Shown here piece after piece: positions 12,072 to 15,684 of a stretch of 15,684 nt of DNA. The stretch covers positions 1 to 15,684 of the forward strand of contig JAAOMT010000365.1 of NCBI GenBank assembly GCA_016748015.1. Direction: 5' to 3'. Below the pieces are notes generated by a model, which saw nothing but the letters and a program-made list of their open reading frames with translations, was not told the DNA's origin and ran no database searches. Source of the DNA: Geosiphon pyriformis uo1. Lineage: Eukaryota; Fungi; Glomeromycota. Position 1 is the stretch's first letter, and every line of letters begins with the position of its first letter. A program made the position numbers and the translations under genes.

Positions 12072-13678
12072 TTATGTAAAAACATCGGCTCTTTCTGTGC
12101 ATTTCCCCATAAAGTATCCAAAATATGGTCCAAGACGTTGTTCTCGAGGATTTATTGTTGTTTCTTGTGCTCGTTTATTACATTCCTGAATTTGATTAAA
12201 TATATAAAAAAATTTTAATAATATTTTTCATTTATTCAATCTTTATAATACATGAATTTATTAAAAATATGATTTAATATACTAACTTGTGGTTCTTCCA
12301 CAAATCCTTGAGAATCTAACGTTCCCAAACATAAATATAAATTCCATTGCTCCACACCACATTCACATCTATCATCACCAATCCAATATTCTTTCAGATG
12401 ATGAAAATATGGGAACTTTTCATTCCTCTCTGGGAACTGTGGTACGAAATCGTCCATATAAGTGATTCGAAAACTCTTTTGCGTTAATTGCCCATGGTCA
12501 TAATCAAATCCTTGTAAAATGTTATCAACATGTTGCGCGAATCCTCTATTACCAAAACGTGGAGCACCATAAGTGAAAACTTGAATATCAATTAATATCC
12601 TGCCAGACGGGTTCTTGTTTAGACCCCAGATTGATGAGGAATATGAATTTTGCCCTCCAATTTCAACATCACTTTTAATTGGAAAAATCTCATCTTTTTG
12701 AACTTTATGGTATTCAACAGCTGCTAATAGTGCCAATACTAAGAAAAAAAATTAAAATTTTTTAATTTTTTGTCATCAAATAATTTACTTGATTAAATAT
12801 GAAACCATTCAAGCGTTTAAAAAACTTACCTCCACCCAAATAATGACCCGTAAATCGAATCTTTTTGATTTCTGGATTTTCTTTCAGATATTCTTTAATT
12901 CTTTCAAAAAATCTATCTTTAGCAAATAAAAATTCTTCATAAAGGGTTGTATCAACTCGAGCCCCTTCAACATTTGAATATTGTCGCATCGTTTTCTTTG
13001 ATGATTGCCAATCAATTCCTAATCTTCGAAAATAAATAATCAAAGTTGTCTCGCCCATTTTTTCAAATCCAGCTTAAGAAATTTATGATATAACTTTTTC
13101 AAAATTTTTCAATGCTAAAGAAAAGCAACTCGAGTTTTCAAATAACCTTACTTACCAAAAACACCTCCAGCCAATCGATCTTCTTTGGCATCCAGACAGT
13201 ATGCTTTTTGCGCATAAAAAGCATGAAGTTTAAAACTGGCAGTTAGGGAACTTTTTGGACTTATCAAAATTTTTGTTCCACTTTCTCTATCTCTTTTTCT
13301 CTTAAGCTTAGCGAATAGATTTAGGTTTGAATTTTTTCTTGAAATGGGTTTCAGCCTTTGAGAATTTTTGTTTTCAGTCATTTTTTTAGGGGTCGACTTG
13401 TTATTTAATTTCATATTCATCCCTGAAATTTTCTGCTCATAATGTTGCGAATAATAAGAATGAAAAATTTTATCTCGAGTTGTTTTGTTTGCGTCTAAAG
13501 AATTGATTTCAAGACTCTGATTGGGAAATTTTATCTTTACAAAAATATTTATTAGCAATAAGACAAGTAATACAAAAGAAGCATGAAAAATTTTCAAAAG
13601 ATGGTTTGGCCTTTTCAAAGTTGTCATTTTCAATGGAGGTGATGATGAAATTTTATTGTATTTCAAAGAAAATCTCAT
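12072..13678 (-). CDS. Class-3 lipase-like protein (tandem paralog), predicted non-catalytic, with N-terminal TM segment; 4 exons, about 443 aa
   Basis: Exons 13678-13156, 13072-12830, 12738-12287 and 12185-12072 sum to 1332 nt. Motifs: YAQKAYC, TGHYLGG, TYGAPRFGN, FRIT..DDFVP, HH..EYWI, CEC and RLGPYFG. The start could be a later Met (MTTLK). Confidence 0.9.
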
Positions 13679-14986
13679 CGTTTTTTAATGAATAACTTTT
13701 CATTTTACTAACTGATGATTGTATCACGAGGGACCGACCAGGAAAATATTTGTATAATATTACTTGGTCACGAAATGTGGTTGACTGAATTTTTAAAGAT
13801 TCGAAAGTTAGGAAAAACAGGTAATGTCTATAATGGTTTTAACTTGATTTTGGCCGTCATTAAAATTTTCAAAAGTTTCTTTATTCATGGATCAAGTATG
13901 TCGTATTATAATTTGATTATCAGTTATCTTACAGAAAATACGTGTTTCGAAATCGTGAATTATTTCCAAGATAGGAGAACGAAAAACTTTGTCCCTTGAT
14001 ATCTTCTCCCTTGATGATATCAGCGGTGGGAATATCTTTTTCTGCTGCGATGAATCGGAACAATTTCTATTTTCGGTAATTCCTGGGGAGATTTTGTACT
14101 CGTGGTCCTCTGCAGTAGTATTTATCTTATCCCATTGTCTGAATAAAGCTCGGGTCACGTTGGGCAATATTTGATAAATAATAAACAAAGAGAAATCAGG
14201 GAAATTAAAGGTGAACCAGTCACTGTTGCTGATTATGAGATTGCTGTGGCACTTTTGATCACGCTCTATTTTTCTAAAAAGACAAATCTTTATAGAATCG
14301 CCACCCCCTTAAAAAATTTAGTTTTTTAGCATTAGAAGTATGGCAGAGGAGATAAGAAATATTATAAATTTCATTCCGTTAGTTTGAGCTACTTCTAGCT
14401 TTTAAATTTCTTATTAAATAGTACTTTAAAGTAAAAATCTGGTTGGGTAAAAATTAGGAAAATCATATTTTATAGCCTTGCAAGACATTTTTCCCTGTTT
14501 TAGATTTCTTCTGATTTTGATTTTATTAGACAAAGAAATGCCTTTCTTTTGCATAGAAAAGAATTTGTAATTAAAAATAGAGAGATTTCGAGAATTAAGC
14601 AAGCTAGACTCAATTATTAATTGAATAAAATATGTACCAAAAACTATAAGACTAATTTATTACTTTACGTTATAAATTATGTTAAAGGTTAAATCTAAAT
14701 TAGAAAATTTGTTTCTTCACAGAGAGCTCATTTGGACAATATAAATTTTTCAATAAGCATTCTTTTTGTTGACTAAAAGAATTATGGAAATATATGTAAT
14801 TTTATTTTATAAAATTTAATATCCTTTGCAGCTAATTTGTGCTGCCACTTTTGCATCTTTTGAAGAATACACATTAGCACAATTATTGATCTTTAGCAAC
14901 TAAACATTAAAAGCATACTTGAATTTTAAAAAAAAATTTCTCATTTTTAAATTTAGTTATAAAATTGTGATAAAATCTTTATAATA

Positions 14987-15010
14987 TTAATTAATTAATT
15001 AATTAATTAA
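14987..15010. repeat. (TTAA)6 self-complementary microsatellite
   Basis: Six direct copies of TTAA read directly from the sequence. Confidence 0.9.
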
Positions 15011-15157
15011 AAGTTTTTAACATTATAATTATGTAAGCACATTAAAATTACCATAAATAATATTAGTCTGTAACTATTTTTCCTAATTTTATTACAAAAA
15101 CTATCTATACTTGATAAAAACCATTTTGGATTAAAAAGACTCAATTAACAGCTATAT

Positions 15158-15592
15158 CTTCTTTGTTACTTTTCTTTAACACATTCTTTGAAACCTTTTC
15201 ACTCCATCATAAATTGTCTACATTTCTCGTAATTATCTCCATAAATCTTCAATGGGATTTGGATCTGGATTATATGCTCACCAGTCTAAAAGCTGAAATT
15301 TGTTCTCCCAATAAATTCCCAAAGTTTTTATTCCCAGAAACAATGCAAACGAATCTTACCTCTTGGAAAATTGGTTGGAATTGGACGATTAGGCCGATCC
15401 ATATTATAGCAGGAGTTTGTGCGCCTACTCTAACCGATTTTATGAGATGGGGGTGCCTTTTTTTTCAAGTCATGACCCTTTTTTGGAGCTGTCATATATT
15501 TTTCGGATTATTGATTTTCTTAGCAGAATGGACGCCGTTATTCCAGAAGTGTTAAATTGTTTCCCATTGTGTTTTAGATTTGATTTTGTCAT
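15158..15592 (-). pseudogene. Decayed Tc1/mariner transposase remnant, right copy
   Basis: The minus strand at about 15289-15239 reads LDW*AYNPDPNPIEDLW, matching the Tc1 motif WPxxSPDLNPIENxW (catalytic Glu). The outer part is the inverted repeat. Homology to the left copy fades near 15158. Confidence 0.82.
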
Positions 15593-15684
15593 TTTTGCCC
15601 GTGTTATTTATCGAAAATAAAAAAAGGTCGATTAAAAGATGCTAATAAGTAATGCTAGTATTTAAACGAAAAAAATTCCTCTTA
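15311..15684 (-). repeat. Right arm of the 374-bp terminal inverted repeat
   Basis: Reverse complement of 1-374; the window ends ...AAAAAATTCCTCTTA. Confidence 0.97.

Larger units (their letters stand above)
1..15684. mobile_element. Candidate non-autonomous, Tc1-remnant-bounded composite or cargo element (or invertible segment)
   Basis: Long terminal inverted repeats made of transposase sequence enclose host-type genes, and both ends read TA. No flanks, no verified target-site duplication and no intact transposase are visible. Confidence 0.4.

Noticed and set aside
1-15684. Polinton/Maverick, linear plasmid or Starship interpretation (size and long TIRs fit superficially)
   Set aside because: No protein-primed DNA polymerase, integrase, ATPase, capsid, RNA polymerase or tyrosine recombinase was found; the genes are intron-rich host types.

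Overview
AT-rich, intron-containing fungal genomic DNA; the gene style suggests Mucoromycota/Glomeromycotina (inference). The whole window is bracketed by a near-perfect 374-bp inverted repeat (1-374 / 15311-15684, one mismatch found). Each arm is the outer part of a decayed, inward-facing Tc1/mariner (IS630-Tc1-mariner) transposase remnant. Every identifiable gene between the arms is plausibly lipid-related: a class-3 lipase-like pseudogene (+), an intact 11-exon cytochrome P450 with an atypical I-helix (+), an intact 8-exon Eht1/Eeb1/YheT-type alpha/beta-hydrolase (-), and two intact tandem 4-exon class-3 lipase-like paralogs (-). Both paralogs have lost the catalytic Ser (to Phe/Tyr) and the presumed catalytic His (to Arg). 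No intact transposase is present. Exon models were built by hand from GT..AG sites and frame continuity; no database searches were run.
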